Below, piece by piece: positions 13,421 through 25,890 of a stretch of DNA of 64,000 bases. Source of the stretch: Lama glama. Lineage: Eukaryota. The stretch spans positions 17,734,001 through 17,798,000 of the forward strand of contig CM052818.1 in the NCBI GenBank assembly GCA_028534125.1. Direction: 5' to 3'. The position numbers and the translations under genes were made by a program. The notes below the pieces were generated by a model. It worked only from the letters and a program-made list of their open reading frames with translations, did no database searches and had not been told where the DNA came from. Positions within the stretch are counted from its first letter, which is position 1. Every line of letters begins with the position of its first letter.

Positions 13421-13668
13421 TGTGACTGATATTGTGTGTCCACTTGACTGAGCCAAGGGATGCCCAGCGAGCTGGGTAAACATTATTTCTGGGTGTGTCT
13501 GTGACAGTGCCTTCAGAAGAAAACAGCACTTAACTCAGTGGACATTATAAAGATCACTCTCCCCCAAGTGGGTGGGCGTCATCCAGTCCTTGGAGGGCCT
13601 GAACAGAACAAAAACATGGAGGAAGGTTGAATTCACTCTCTCTGCTTGAGATGGGACATCCATCTTCT
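13421..13668 (+). mobile_element. MLT2 (ERVL) LTR fragment within L2
   Basis: tgtccacttgactgagccaagggatgcccag...aaacattatttctgggtgtgtctgtga...gggcctgaacagaacaaaa. Confidence 0.8.
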
Positions 13669-14929
13669 GGATCCAGTTATCTGGAGGAGGAATCTCCTAG
13701 GAAGAGAGAAAAGAAACTGCAGATGCTGGGTACGCATGGTGGACAGGAGGGAAAAATGGAGGCAGATGAGACTGGAGCACAATGAGTGAGGGACAGAGAG
13801 CAGGAGGTAATGTGGGAGAGGCAGGGAGGAGCCAAAACCACTGAGAGCCTTGTAGGCTATGGCATGAAGTGTGCTGGAGGCCACTGGAGGGTTTTAAGCA
13901 GAGGAGTGACATGGTCTGACTTATATTCAAAGAGGTTCATTCTGGCTGTTGTGTATGCTAGATTGTGGGTGGCCAAGAGGGGAAATAGTCGAGTTAAGAG
14001 GTTATTACAGTAATCCATTCAGGAGGTAATGGTGGCCTCACATCAGGGTGGAATCAATGTCTCCTTTGCACGAAGCACCTATTGTAACACTTAAAACACT
14101 GAACTTTGCATTTTGGATGTTTGTCTACAGGGATGTCACCCCATCCTGAGGAGGGACACGTTTGTACACTTGTCCACTTCTGTATTTTCTACAGTGCCTA
14201 GCACTGGACTTCCCACACAGATTGATAGGATGAGCTGCATTTATCATCCTCTCTCTGTATTTCACACTTTTAGAGACTTTTATTTAAACTCGACCCAGTT
14301 TTTTTCTTTCCTTGTATAGGACACATAATGACAGTTTCTTCAAACTTTTCTCCTGGGTCTTGATTGACTTTCTCTTAGCTGTCTTTGTGTCCCTTCTCTG
14401 AAATGTAATAAATAGAAGTAGCCTTGGTAATAGTGGACCATAAGAACCTTAATTTCGTACCATCTCCCTGTTTTATTTTTCCTACTTGCAAGGCAAAAAC
14501 TATAAGGGACTTAAAAATGAGATTAAAATTCTTTGCAGGGAAATCATAAGACAGTGTGCTATTGGATCATCTACCTCCTTCTCTGCTTGAGATCCACCTT
14601 AGAAGCTTCTGGGCCTTGTAATCCAGTAGCAAATCTAGCTCATATATAACATGTTACTTGACTTCTGACAGGGAGCCAGCATTGAGCTTGACAGCATGTT
14701 ATTAGCTATGGGTGCACTGTGACAATTCATTTTAATTTCTCCAAGTTTCAGTTTACTTTTTTTAGGGGGGAGGAGCCAATAATATACCTATAATACAGGA
14801 TTGTGGGGGGGATTAAAAGAGATAGATATAAAGTGCTTGTCTGAATATCTGGAAAATACAGAGCCCAGCGAGTATTAACCCTCACCTCTACCCGGTTTTT
14901 CTTAGCTGGCATACTGAAATGCTTCATTA

Positions 14930-15350
14930 TCCAACTTAGACCCATTCTCAGCAGAAGCCTGACTCCCAGAGACAGCATTACCTGAACTCCCCTGACAACT
15001 GGCTTTTCAGTGGGTTCAGCCAGTGAGGGGTCAGAACAGGAGCTGAGAGCAGGAGAGAAGAGGGGAGAACAGAGCAGGGAGGTATCCCCCACCCTCCCTG
15101 CTTTCATGCTGAGCGCCTGGCAGTGCCTGGGTCCCTCCTTATCTATTTATTGCTTTGCTCATAGTTCTTCCTTCCTGGCTCCGGCCCTCACTGGGCTCTA
15201 GTAACACTATTTCCTCCCCCTATAGTTAGTGACAGAGTGAGGCAACACCCCTGAACCCTGTCTACACCTCTGAAAGTAGCCCCTTTGATACATTCTCTTC
15301 CCTTGAACCATCAGTATGGAACTTTGTTTCCTGCAGTGGACCTGGACCAA
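14930..15350 (+). mobile_element. LTR33-like ERVL LTR
   Basis: actggcttttcagtgggttcagccagtgagggg...gagatc/gctgagagcaggagag-type motifs. Confidence 0.5.
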
Positions 15351-17857
15351 CACCTTTCACATTCTTCCTTTCAGCAAAAGCTGGTTTCATTAAATTTGGG
15401 AAAGATTTGGGACCTGTGGAGCAGGATTTACATTATTTCAGCAAATATTTGCTACTGTCCTGGCAACAGGGATGTTACATAATCAGGATCCAACCCCTGC
15501 TCTCAAAAAATCTGCAGTCTCCCGGGGGCACGAGGATTGGGATGGGTAGGGGACAAAGGCAATATTTACAAAGGTAAATATTTAAGTACCAAGAGCATAA
15601 TAATGTCTAAATATACAGAAAATTGTAGAAAAATTAAGTTGAGAGCAAGCACTCCCACAAAGAAACTCTGTTGATTTTAAGGATGAATAGAAATCTGTCA
15701 GATGGGGGTGGTGAGGTATATTTTTTCAGGCCAAGAAAAGTAACAGCAGGTGCAAAGACTTAGAGTTTTAAATTTGCTTGGTACATTTGATGTATATTTT
15801 GAAATAATAAGGGTTTGGAATAATGTTAGATGTGGGCAGAGGGCATGGGGGGGGTCATGGTAACAGTACGTATTACTGAAGCAGCAGGAGATAAGAATGG
15901 CAGTCAGGGACGAGATCACAGAGGCTTTATACGATACTCCAGGAAGTTTGGACTCTATCCTAATAGGTGTATGTTAAGCCACTGATTCATTTTAAGCAAC
16001 TGAGTTATTCAATCCAACTTGTTGCATTAGAAAAAGAACAGTGAAGGGGATATGGATGATGGAGAGAACAAGATTGCAGTTCGGAGACAAAGTAGACTTG
16101 CTCTAGTCCAGAAAGGAGAGGATAAGAGATGGAAAAATGCAGTGATGAGGGGGAGAAAAAGAAAAGGAGACATTCTAGAAACTTTTGTAAGTAGTATGGG
16201 TAAGATTCAGTGACAATCATTAGTGAGAGCAGACAAAGACACCTAGGGCGGCACTGAATTTCTGACTCGTGGTAGATGTTGGCACCACTGGCTGTTAGTT
16301 TTGCTGGGGGTGGGGGAGTTGGCTTATTCCATTTGAATATGTTGAGGTGAAAAATTTGTAGCAGGGACAGGTCTAGGTTTTGTGAGAACCAAAACTAGTA
16401 CCATTTTGGAAAGCTCTTTAAGAAAAAGAATTCAGAAGTAAATACTAATTGTGCTGATGTTACCATCAGTCTTGGGGGAAGTACTGTCTGTGAGGAGGCA
16501 GTGAGAATATGGCACAGGTGGGAGTTGATAGTGAAGTCTTTCATGAAACTGATCCAAATTGGGGCATATTCTAAAAAATTAAATAAACTGCCCTGGAATT
16601 TTAAAAGTATCAATACCTTGAAATACAAAGAAAGACCCAGAAACTAATCCAGATTAGGGAAAGTAAATGGATATAACATTAAATGCAGCTCATAATCCTG
16701 GCTTTTTTTTTTTAGCACAAAGGATATTATTGCATATGAAATAGAATGGTCCTTATATCAATAATGATGTATGTAGGATTAAAATAGCATCACATCTGAA
16801 AATTACCCTCAGATGTTCAGGAGAGGGAAAAAAAGAGAGAGAGAGAAAAGGATAAAACAAAGGTACTAAAATGGTAACATTTGTGTATTCTGGGTAAAGA
16901 GTGCTTGGGATTTCACTGTATTATTTTGCAACTTCTCTGTAAGTCTGGAATTAGGTCAAAATAAAAACATTGTTTTTAAGAAAAGTAAGGTTTTGGAGGC
17001 AGACAATCTTGATTTGAATCCTAGTGGTGCTACTTTGTAGCTTCATGTTTTGACGCAAATTGTATAACATCTTTCTATCTTATTTGCTTTAGATATAAGT
17101 TAGAAATGGTAGGTTATTGTATTAACTAAAATGAAAAGATGTAATATTTGTAAGATGATTCACAAGGTTCCTAGACAAAATTTTCAATAAATGACCACTG
17201 TTATTATTAATAAACAGTGATTTCCATTCCAGACACTTGCAAAGGAAGCAATGTCTTTAAAATATAACCAAATTTGAGAATATCTGTTAGGGCAAGGGGA
17301 TGGAAGTGGCTGAGGTGTGGAAGACAAACTGGATGGCATTGAAATGGGGCATGCATTCAATCAAAATTTAGGTTTGGGAGTGGGGAGGACAGAAATTTGA
17401 AGGGAGAGAAAAAAAATAGGTGATAGGGAGGGGTCCAAGTACAGCCTGATGATTCTAGGCATGGGGGGCATGGATGGTGCATCTGGGCTTTAGATTTCCA
17501 TCATTATTATAAAGATGGAAGGGGCCAAACTTGGCAGAAGATCCAAGATGATTTTCTAGAGAGGTTTGGGAAGACCCTGCTTTGCAACATTAGTACAATA
17601 AATACACTTGCAATAGAATTTCTATAAATTCTTCCCCAGATGTCCAACAGATATGTCTGCATTGAAGCTCTGTAGCTCTATTTTGGGAAGTCAGAGCAGC
17701 TGTGTGCTGAGCAAACTATGTTCAGGGACAGAACATAGAAGGGAAAATTGCTTTATTGTTTATCCAAGAAGCCCAGTTTGATGGCTAAACTTTGCTATAT
17801 GGTTATAATTTAAAAAATTTTTATATTCTCTTTTTCTAAGAATTACCTATTGAATAT

Positions 17858-18194
17858 TTTCTTAGTGTCGTCAGTCTGCTGTAACAGAATACTATAACAT
17901 GGGTATATAAACAACATAAACTTATCCCACAGTTCTAGGGGCTAGAAAATCCATGATCACAGTACTGGTGGGTTCAATGTCTGGTGAGAGCCAACTTCTT
18001 AGATGACCATCTTTTCACTGTAACCTCACAAGGGAGCATTCTTAGGTCTCTTTAGGAGGGTGCTATTCCCATTCATGAGGGCACCATCCTTACAATCTAA
18101 TCACCCTGAAAGCCTCACCTCTGAATATCATTCCTGTTGGCATTAGGTTTCAACATATGATTTTTGGGGGAACACAAACATTTAAGCCACAGCA
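17858..18194 (-). mobile_element. MLT1A-type MaLR LTR
   Basis: ctgctgtaacagaatac...gtctggtgagagcc...ttaggtttcaacatatgatttttgggggaacacaaacatt. Confidence 0.85.
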
Positions 18195-20559
18195 AATATT
18201 AAGGTCATATTCTATTCTTTATGTTTCCAGAATCTTTTATAATGCCTTCGAGGCATTCAGTAGAGATACGGTGTCGATTATCAAGAGGAATTTGTTGAAT
18301 GAATGATTCAATGGGTTAGTGATTAATGAAGACACAGGAGTAGTTTTATTATGAAGAGATTTTATTTTTAGTGCCATTTGTTATTACACTTTACTGGTAA
18401 GTCCTTAGATTTATGAACCTCATTGTTTCAAGGCTTGGTTTGTAATCTTTAGATGGAGAGGGGAAATAACATGTTCATCTTGACTTTATAAGAATGTAAT
18501 GTGAAGCAAGTCTGCAGAAAGCTGTTACAGGTGTGGTTTTTTTTTTTTTGGTTTGGTTTTTTTTTGGTTTTTTTGAGTATAGGTTCTATGTTAAGAACAG
18601 GGTAATAGCATTATTACTGGGTGTAGGACATAAAAAATGACATGATTATCCATCTTCATAATGCTCATTCTTTTCCCTCCTCTGACTTTAAAAATTAATT
18701 TGATTATACAACTGTCCTATAAGGTTAATCAAGAATGATTCTGTCTATTAAAAATAGCAAAGGTATAAATAAATGAAATTAAAATGGCTCCTACCCCAAA
18801 ATTGTGCTTACAGATCTGCAGGATATTGACTCAGTAGTATTACACCAGCTCAGTCCACGAGTGCAGTTTCTTAGAATAATGATGTGGAATGTGTACCTAG
18901 TGTTCTAATTAAAACCCACGGTCATTCATCTATCTAATTGCAACAATGCCCTCCAGGATACTTCCACTCCAAATGTACCATTCTTCTTTTGCCTGAGCAA
19001 GTGACTTTAAAACCACCTGGTATCTTGCCAAGACCTGAAGTGAAAAATTTACTGACTGTGAGATCGCACTAGAAACAGGATTACAGAATGAAAAATCGAA
19101 GGGGACAGGCGAAGAAGTGAGACTTTTCTATCAGGTTTCTGGAGGTATAGCTTCTAAGGTTTTCAGCATTAGCTGTCATAATATCTAATTTCCCCCCACA
19201 AATTAATAGAAGTCATCTGTTAATAAGTAAAGACTTTCTAAGATACAGTAAAACCCCTGAGCTCTCAATCTAAGAGAAAAATGAAGCTTTACAGAGACAG
19301 ATATTGTTACTGGGTATGTTTTGATAGATTTAACTCTGAAGGCTGGGATAGTGCACCCAAGGGCACCTAGAGCTAGTACCCAGGTAACCCAAAGATGAAT
19401 TTCCCTGTTCCAGAAATACCCAGTGCTAGAGTGAAATAAGTGTGCAACATCCTATGATAGTAAGTGTATAAGTGCTATTCTCTGTTAGCATATATTGTGT
19501 TGTTAGTTTGATGGATTTAGATCATATGTGAGGGTGGGTTGAAAGAAGCCTAGGCAGACAGTACTTTTTGATATGAACAATCAGATATCATCATCATCAG
19601 AATCATGAAAACTACCATTTAGTTATTAATGATGTACAAGACACTACCTACACGTGTGAGGCCACTTAAACCTCAGAACCATCATAAAAATACGTGCTAT
19701 TTATCCCACTTTAAACATATAAAACTGAGGTACAGAGAGGGAAAGCAACTGGATCAATGTTGTGTATTCAGGGAGGGACAGAGCTGGATTTAAACACAGG
19801 CTTCTGGCCCCAAAGTCCAAATTATATACATACGTGCTACTGGCCGTTTCAATCTCTGAATTACATGCATTTGGCGATGAGCTCTCTAGTCACATTTTCC
19901 TTTTTATTTCACAGAGTAAATGTAAGACATTTAGGCTAAAAACATAGTCTATTCCATTAGGCAATGATATCATCAGTGTGTCTCAAATGAAGAGGAGGCT
20001 GTTGAAAACAGGAACCACCACCCCTATACTTACATAATTGGAACTGCAGAATGGTTTATGATTTGCACAACATTTACTTGCTCAAAACCTTGCCTCCCTT
20101 ACATCAGTCACTCCAAAGACTTTACAACACTCTGATATCCCTCTCCTAAAACTCCCCTCCTGATGACCTCTGGGTCTAACAGGTAAACAATAAAAAACAT
20201 GCATTTATTTATTTATTCCACTGAGACGCCATTTCAGAACAGCCTTGTGGTGGTTTTCCTTGCTGAAGGAAGTCAGTAAAGCTCCCTTTGGTTATATGTT
20301 AACAGGTTTCTTCATTTAAGCTGGGAATGTGCGTTTCACCGTTTGGCGATTCAGCAAGATTCAGCTGAGCCCCCTCACCTTGGTCTGCTTAAGCACGTAT
20401 CTTTCAAGGCTGTTTGCACGCGTTCAGCTCAAAGGTTTCTGGCAGTCAGTTGTAAGTCGCTTGTTTTCCGTCTGAGCTCTGATTTTGTTGAAGACAAAGG
20501 GCTCCTAGAACACTGAGTTTGTGGTATTCTGGGAAAATTAGATTTCACCCGTAGCGGTC

Positions 20560-21090
20560 CTTGTTTATCTGAAGACGCTTGTGTCTGCGGTCGGCAGGCC
20601 CTGCACTGGCCACAGCGGCCCCACCTGTGTCCGTCTGTGGAGTCCTCTTCCGCCGAGTGAGGTTTGAAGCCAATGAGCAGAACATGGAAAAGTGGTAAGA
20701 CGTTACTTGCAAGAGTAGGTTATAGTAAAATGATTACTTATTGGGAGAGGGAGGGAGGGGAGAGGGAGACGGAGAAACAAGGCTCACTTAGTTCAGCGAA
20801 ACCAGCTGCCGCTGGTTCTGGTTCTGACCGGCCTCGCGGAGAGGCCCAGGTGCTGAGGCTCTGATGTCTCCAGCCAATGGCCAGCGGGGGCTTGAAGCCC
20901 GAGTGCGCCTGCGCGTGGCTCCTTCCGCGTGTGAGCCGTGGACAGGCGGCTTCCTCCGCAGAGAGCTCCGCTACCGCCGCGGGAAATGGCTGGTCTCCGA
21001 GGCGTTCAGCTAAGCTGTACCTGGACTTTCGACTCAAGGAAACTGTAAGTTAGTGTTTGCTGTTTTAAGCTGCTGGTTTTGGGGTCGGGG
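20560..21090 (+). promoter_or_regulatory. CpG-rich promoter with NF-Y, NRF1, ETS and YY1-like motifs
   Basis: The only GC/CpG-dense stretch in the window; CCAAT boxes at 20670-20674 (AGCCAATGAG) and 20874-20878; NRF1-type TGCGCCTGCGCG at 20904-20915; CTTCCG and AAATGGC motifs just downstream. Confidence 0.8.
20930..21044 (+). other. Candidate first exon of a + strand transcript (start approximate)
   Basis: Consensus donor ACT|GTAAGT at 21045; strong-Kozak ATG at 20986 (MAGLRGVQLSCTWTFDSRK, phase 2); an alternative ATG at 20877 is open for 56 codons to the donor. Confidence 0.6.
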
Positions 21091-22357
21091 GTGACCTGTT
21101 ACACACTAATAGGTAAATTATACAGCTCTTGTACGTGAAAGTGGAGTGCAGCCGTGTAAAAACCTGCCATGTGGGGGTGGCTTTGGAAGGAGTGTCAGTG
21201 AAAGCTTATCCGTCGTGAACTCGCTTTTAGTACAAATACAGGCCTTAGAGGTACCACCAGTGAGGCCTCGAAAGGAGGCGGTGACGTGCTGTTGGAAACT
21301 AGAGAAAGTGGAGGAGGGGTCCTTGTTACATAAGCAGCGGGAAGCTTGACAACTCTGTGGCCTGGAGTAACATGGAAAGTAGAAAATTTGCCTTATGAAC
21401 TGTTTGATGTGGTTACGGAGACTTCTAAACAACGCGTTAAAGGTACCACCTGGTTTCTCTTTGTTGCTACAGTAAAATGGGGGAGAGAGAACTGGGGGAA
21501 GGGATGTTAAAGGGAGTCAGGTGCTGATGTTTTTGAAAGTTTTTAACCCCTTCCAGATAGCAGGTAACACTAAAATTATGAAATGTATTCTAACATAAAT
21601 TGAATCCCAGATGCTGCCCAGAAAACATCTTTTAGAGATAGAACCAAAGATGTGACTCTCAAATCTTTTTGTTAAGAGCTCAGTCTGATCACAGGAGGTG
21701 TCCTGGCTTACTACTCGGTCATGCAAAAGGCCGTATGGAGAGAGCAAGTGTGTGTCTCACAGCTTTTCTCAATAAAAACCCAAACCAAACACAAAACAAA
21801 CAGTAAGCAACTCTTACCTTGAAGACATTTATGAGTGTGACTTCTATCTAATGGAGTGCACTGCAGTGAGATTCATAGGTGGCTCACAAAATTTTTGAAT
21901 AAATTATATAAACAGAAACACTTGGCTGGCTTGAACTGTGAGCAACAGACACAGTACCAATAAAAAGAAGCACTCGGGACCCCAAACTTTACCCTGAATT
22001 TTCTTACAACACTCTCCATGGAGTTAAGAGACACAAGGGCTAGGAACCATTATCAAGGCTGTTTTCTCTGGTTCATTTATTTTCCTTATAAAGTTTATTA
22101 GAAAGTGTTAAACCACACACAGGAAATTCGCCTTCCCCAAGGAAGGGATAACTGGCCTCCTCTTGTTATGATAAATGACACCTGTAACCTATCTTGTCTT
22201 TGGTGTAATTGTCAGAGACTTCAGAAATCCAACATCCCTGGGCCCTTTATGGACAATGTCTCATTGAGGCATGTGCCCAAGAACTTACAAAATGAAACCA
22301 CTGTAGACTGTTCTGAAGAATTACTCAGAGGAAATTCTGATTCGCTTTCTTCTGTTC

Positions 22358-22461
22358 TTTTTTTTTTTTTTTTAATTTTTTTTTAATGGAGCTACCGGAG
22401 GTTGAACCCAGGACCTCGTGCATGTTGAGCACATGCTCTAGCATTGAACTATACCCCCTCC
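22358..22461 (-). mobile_element. tRNA-Ala-derived SINE (Vic-1-like, camelid)
   Basis: - strand GGGGGTATAGTTCAATGCTAGAGCATGTGCTCAACATGCACGAGGTCCTGGGTTCAACCTCCGGTAGCTCCA followed by a poly(A) tail. Confidence 0.85.
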
Positions 22462-25400
22462 ACTGATTTCATTTTTATGCACACTATGTAGGTGATGGTT
22501 TCTACAGTGGTGATTATACTGTCAGAAAAGATGATCATTAATCTTAACTTTTCAATGATACTTTCACAGCTTCACTGCTCACGAGACAAATCAAAACTAT
22601 TTGGCTCAAGTAATAATAGGAAATTTAGTAGCTTTAAAGTTTCTATTAACCGGTACCATTACCAGCAATTTGTGCTGCATTTGGATTCATACTATTAGTC
22701 AAATAGAACACTCCTCTGGACTGAAGAAGTTGGCCACTTGACTCTCCAAGGCAGGGCTTACTGCTTTCTGGACATACTTCCTTGCTCTGAGATCAGTAAT
22801 TTCTCATGTGGCTTTGAAGCATTCTACAAAATCCAGTCATTGCTCTTTTCTTCTTTGTGTGCATCTGCTGTCTTAAATGTTGCTGTGTAGCCACTGTCAC
22901 ATCTCATCCTTTAAGAAAAGGAGCAAACGATCATACCCTGGTTTCACTGTAAACTTTTTTTTTTTTTTTAAAGATAACATCAGATCATCACAATGTTGTA
23001 GATCTGGAATGAGGCTGGTTTTGTTGCCTTTTGGACTGGCCAGAAGATGTCCAAAAGCTAATGTGACTTAGAACTAGACCATCCCCTGAGCCCTTAATCA
23101 GTTATGAAATTAAAACCACAGAGTATCATGTGACTTACTTAACATTTCCATTTTTACTCAGAATCTCACCTAGTTGTGTAAGTCCTTGTTTTAAGACATC
23201 AACCAACTCAAAGACTGACTCCTTCTTGTATCCCAACCTTAGGATTTCTGTCTATTCCATAAGCAATAAAAATTGTGCACTCACTTCCTATAATGAAATA
23301 CCAATTCACAATTACTTCCTTACATTCTCTCTTGCTGAAGCAAATAAACCTGATTTGCTTATATCATAACAGATTTCTTTATTTAAAAAGAAAGCTCTTA
23401 CCCTGTGTCACTAGAAATATCTAAACTTAATTCACTTTGTCATTGTCTAACTTAGGCTTTTTAAAGTTTTTATGCATCATTGATTGTCAGTAGCTAGTAT
23501 TGTAATTTTTCTGGGTATTTTGTTTCTAAAGAAGCTATAAAGGAGTGATAACATCAAGGATTGTGAATAAACATACTTTACATTTAAAAATTTAAAAATA
23601 AAAATTTCATTTAAAATTCAATCTTTATTGTTAATTCTGTAGCTAGTACTGCATAATTATTTGTAGTAATTTCCCCCCTAATCCTGAATATTTTAACGTT
23701 GTATATATATAGATAAGACCTGTGTTTACAGTAGATTCACCTATGGTATAGTTGAAATATAAAACTCCTGATATTTAAGAAAATGCCACTATGCCACATA
23801 ATCTTAAATATAATTTAACAATTTCACAGTTAGTTGAGTGCCTGATATGGGTGATATGGGTCCAGCACTGCTTTATAGTCAGTGAGTCGTAGAAGAGAAA
23901 TGCAGATGAGTTTTCCTTCAAGAGGATGACCTTTTTGTTAAAACTACAAAACAGTGACATGGGAGACAATGATGAATTTGGGATTTTCACAGAATCAGAG
24001 ATATTCAGGGTGGAAGAGCTATTAGGGCATGTGATGATGACTCACCAAAACTGAACCATAACCATACCGGTGCAGTGAAGTTTTTTGCTACTTCCCTTTT
24101 CATTGGTCAAAAATGATGAAATTTAAAATTTTTTCATATAATATGATTATGCTGCTTTTATGAACGTTTCATTTGATTCCTTTCAAAGCATTGGTCTTTC
24201 ATTTTCTAAATTATATTCTCCCTAGATAGCCTCTTCCTTCTCTAAGTATACTGCCATACCATCACATCAGATATCCTTGCCAAATAGAATTTTTGCAGAT
24301 TTGCTGTCCCAAGCTTCCATTTCAGACTCATTTTTCATCTCTTGCCAATACTGAGTTGCTGCTTACCTCCTGCTGGGGATGTTCCTTGACAATATAGTGG
24401 TGTTTAATAAAAAAGAAAAAAGTATTAACATTGTAATATAGGTGTAGATGTAAGTGTTTAAGAATCCTTTCGCATAAACACTTTGGGAAGGTAATGAACA
24501 GAGTTAGGAGAAAACAGTAACTGTGAGAAAAGTTAAATATATTGTCAAAGTAGGTCATTTTGTATTCTACTTTAAGTTCAAACAGGTCAGAGAACATTTT
24601 TATGCAGAATTAATCCTGTCCTATCAAATGTGTACCAAACCCCCAGGGAAGCCTGATTATGTAGCCTGAGGGCATATGCTAAGAGGTCAGTTGACTCATT
24701 TCTCAGATTATGCTCATCATTAATGATAATGGACGTTATGTTCTGGGACTAAGGTAAGGGCATACTCTTTTATTGACCATTGGTACTATTGAAAATAATA
24801 GTCATTTATATGGGAGAATTTAAGAGCATCTTGGGGAAGGTGGCCAGGGAAGGTCAATTCAGCCTAACAGAAATAGCATCCCACCATTCAGATGTGTTTG
24901 GCTGGAGCTTCAGTCAGAGGAGGGAAGATGTGTTTGACAGAAAAGGGATTTCTCACTTTCATACTACTCATTTGTGTACTTTCAATATACTGTTTTTCCG
25001 TGGAGATTAGTGGGTTATTTTGTTTTCCTTCACCTGTCCTAGCTAGAAAGGTGAGGTGAATAAAATTTTTGCAAAATCTTCTATTGCAAGGAAAATCAGG
25101 GGACAAGCTGGAGAATTTCAAACGCTTTGTCTTGCATATGCATGGTGTGTTCAGTTCTGCCTGAGAAGACGTCTTATGGGTCCAAAGTCCCTGAGCTGAG
25201 TGGTGTCAGGCAATAGTTGGAAGAATGTTTAAGTCATGAAGCTGAGGAGGAAAAACTGAATTTTGTAGCTGGAAAGAGAACTGAAATTAGAGACTAGGGA
25301 AAGTGACCCACAATTCAAGCTGAAAGGGAGAAGCAAAGTGTAAATGGAGAAAGATTATCAGGATCACTAGCATAAGTTACTGAGAACATGGAAAGAGAGG

Positions 25401-25484
25401 TGAGGGGTGAAATGGGTTTGATCAGTTTGTTCTCCAAGCATCCAGTAGGCCATTTCTGTGGAGCTTATAGGACATAAAAATTGG

Positions 25485-25890
25485 TGGTTGTGTGAGTGAA
25501 GGAAACTTGCCAAATAACAGTGGCTGAAACAGGATAGAAGTATATTTCTCTTCTACATAAAAATCTGGGTTGGCACTCCAAGGCTTTATGGTACAGTATA
25601 GTGTTGGGGCATAGGATTCTTCTATCTTGGTGATATGATCACGTCCTCTCTATTCCTGGCCGAGGAAGACATGAAGATAAAGGGTACATGCAATATTTCT
25701 TAAGGAGCAGTCTATTACAGTGACACACAGCATTTCTCCTTATCTCCCATTGGCTGGAAGATAGTCAGAGATGGCCATGCCTAGCAAAGCTTGGCTCTGT
25801 GAAATGTATTCTTACTCTGGAAAATTAAAATGGAGGAGGGAGAGTTCTTTTGCTGAAGAATAAAAAGAGAATAGATATTACAAAACAATG
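25485..25890 (-). mobile_element. Old MLT1 (J/K-like) LTR
   Basis: aataacagtggctgaaacaggatagaagt...tcccattggctggaa...atggccatgcctagc...gaaatgtattc. Confidence 0.55.

Noticed and set aside
20878..20893. CTCF-like motif TGGCCAGCGGGGGCTT in the promoter
   Set aside because: One base short of the core spacing; does not fit CCASYAGRKGGC.
20738..21037. 99-aa antisense ORF over the promoter
   Set aside because: Non-ATG start and expected by chance in GC-rich DNA; no - strand donor or recognisable product.
22387..22458. Functional tRNA-Ala gene
   Set aside because: Mismatched stems, altered anticodon region and an attached poly(A) tail indicate a SINE copy.
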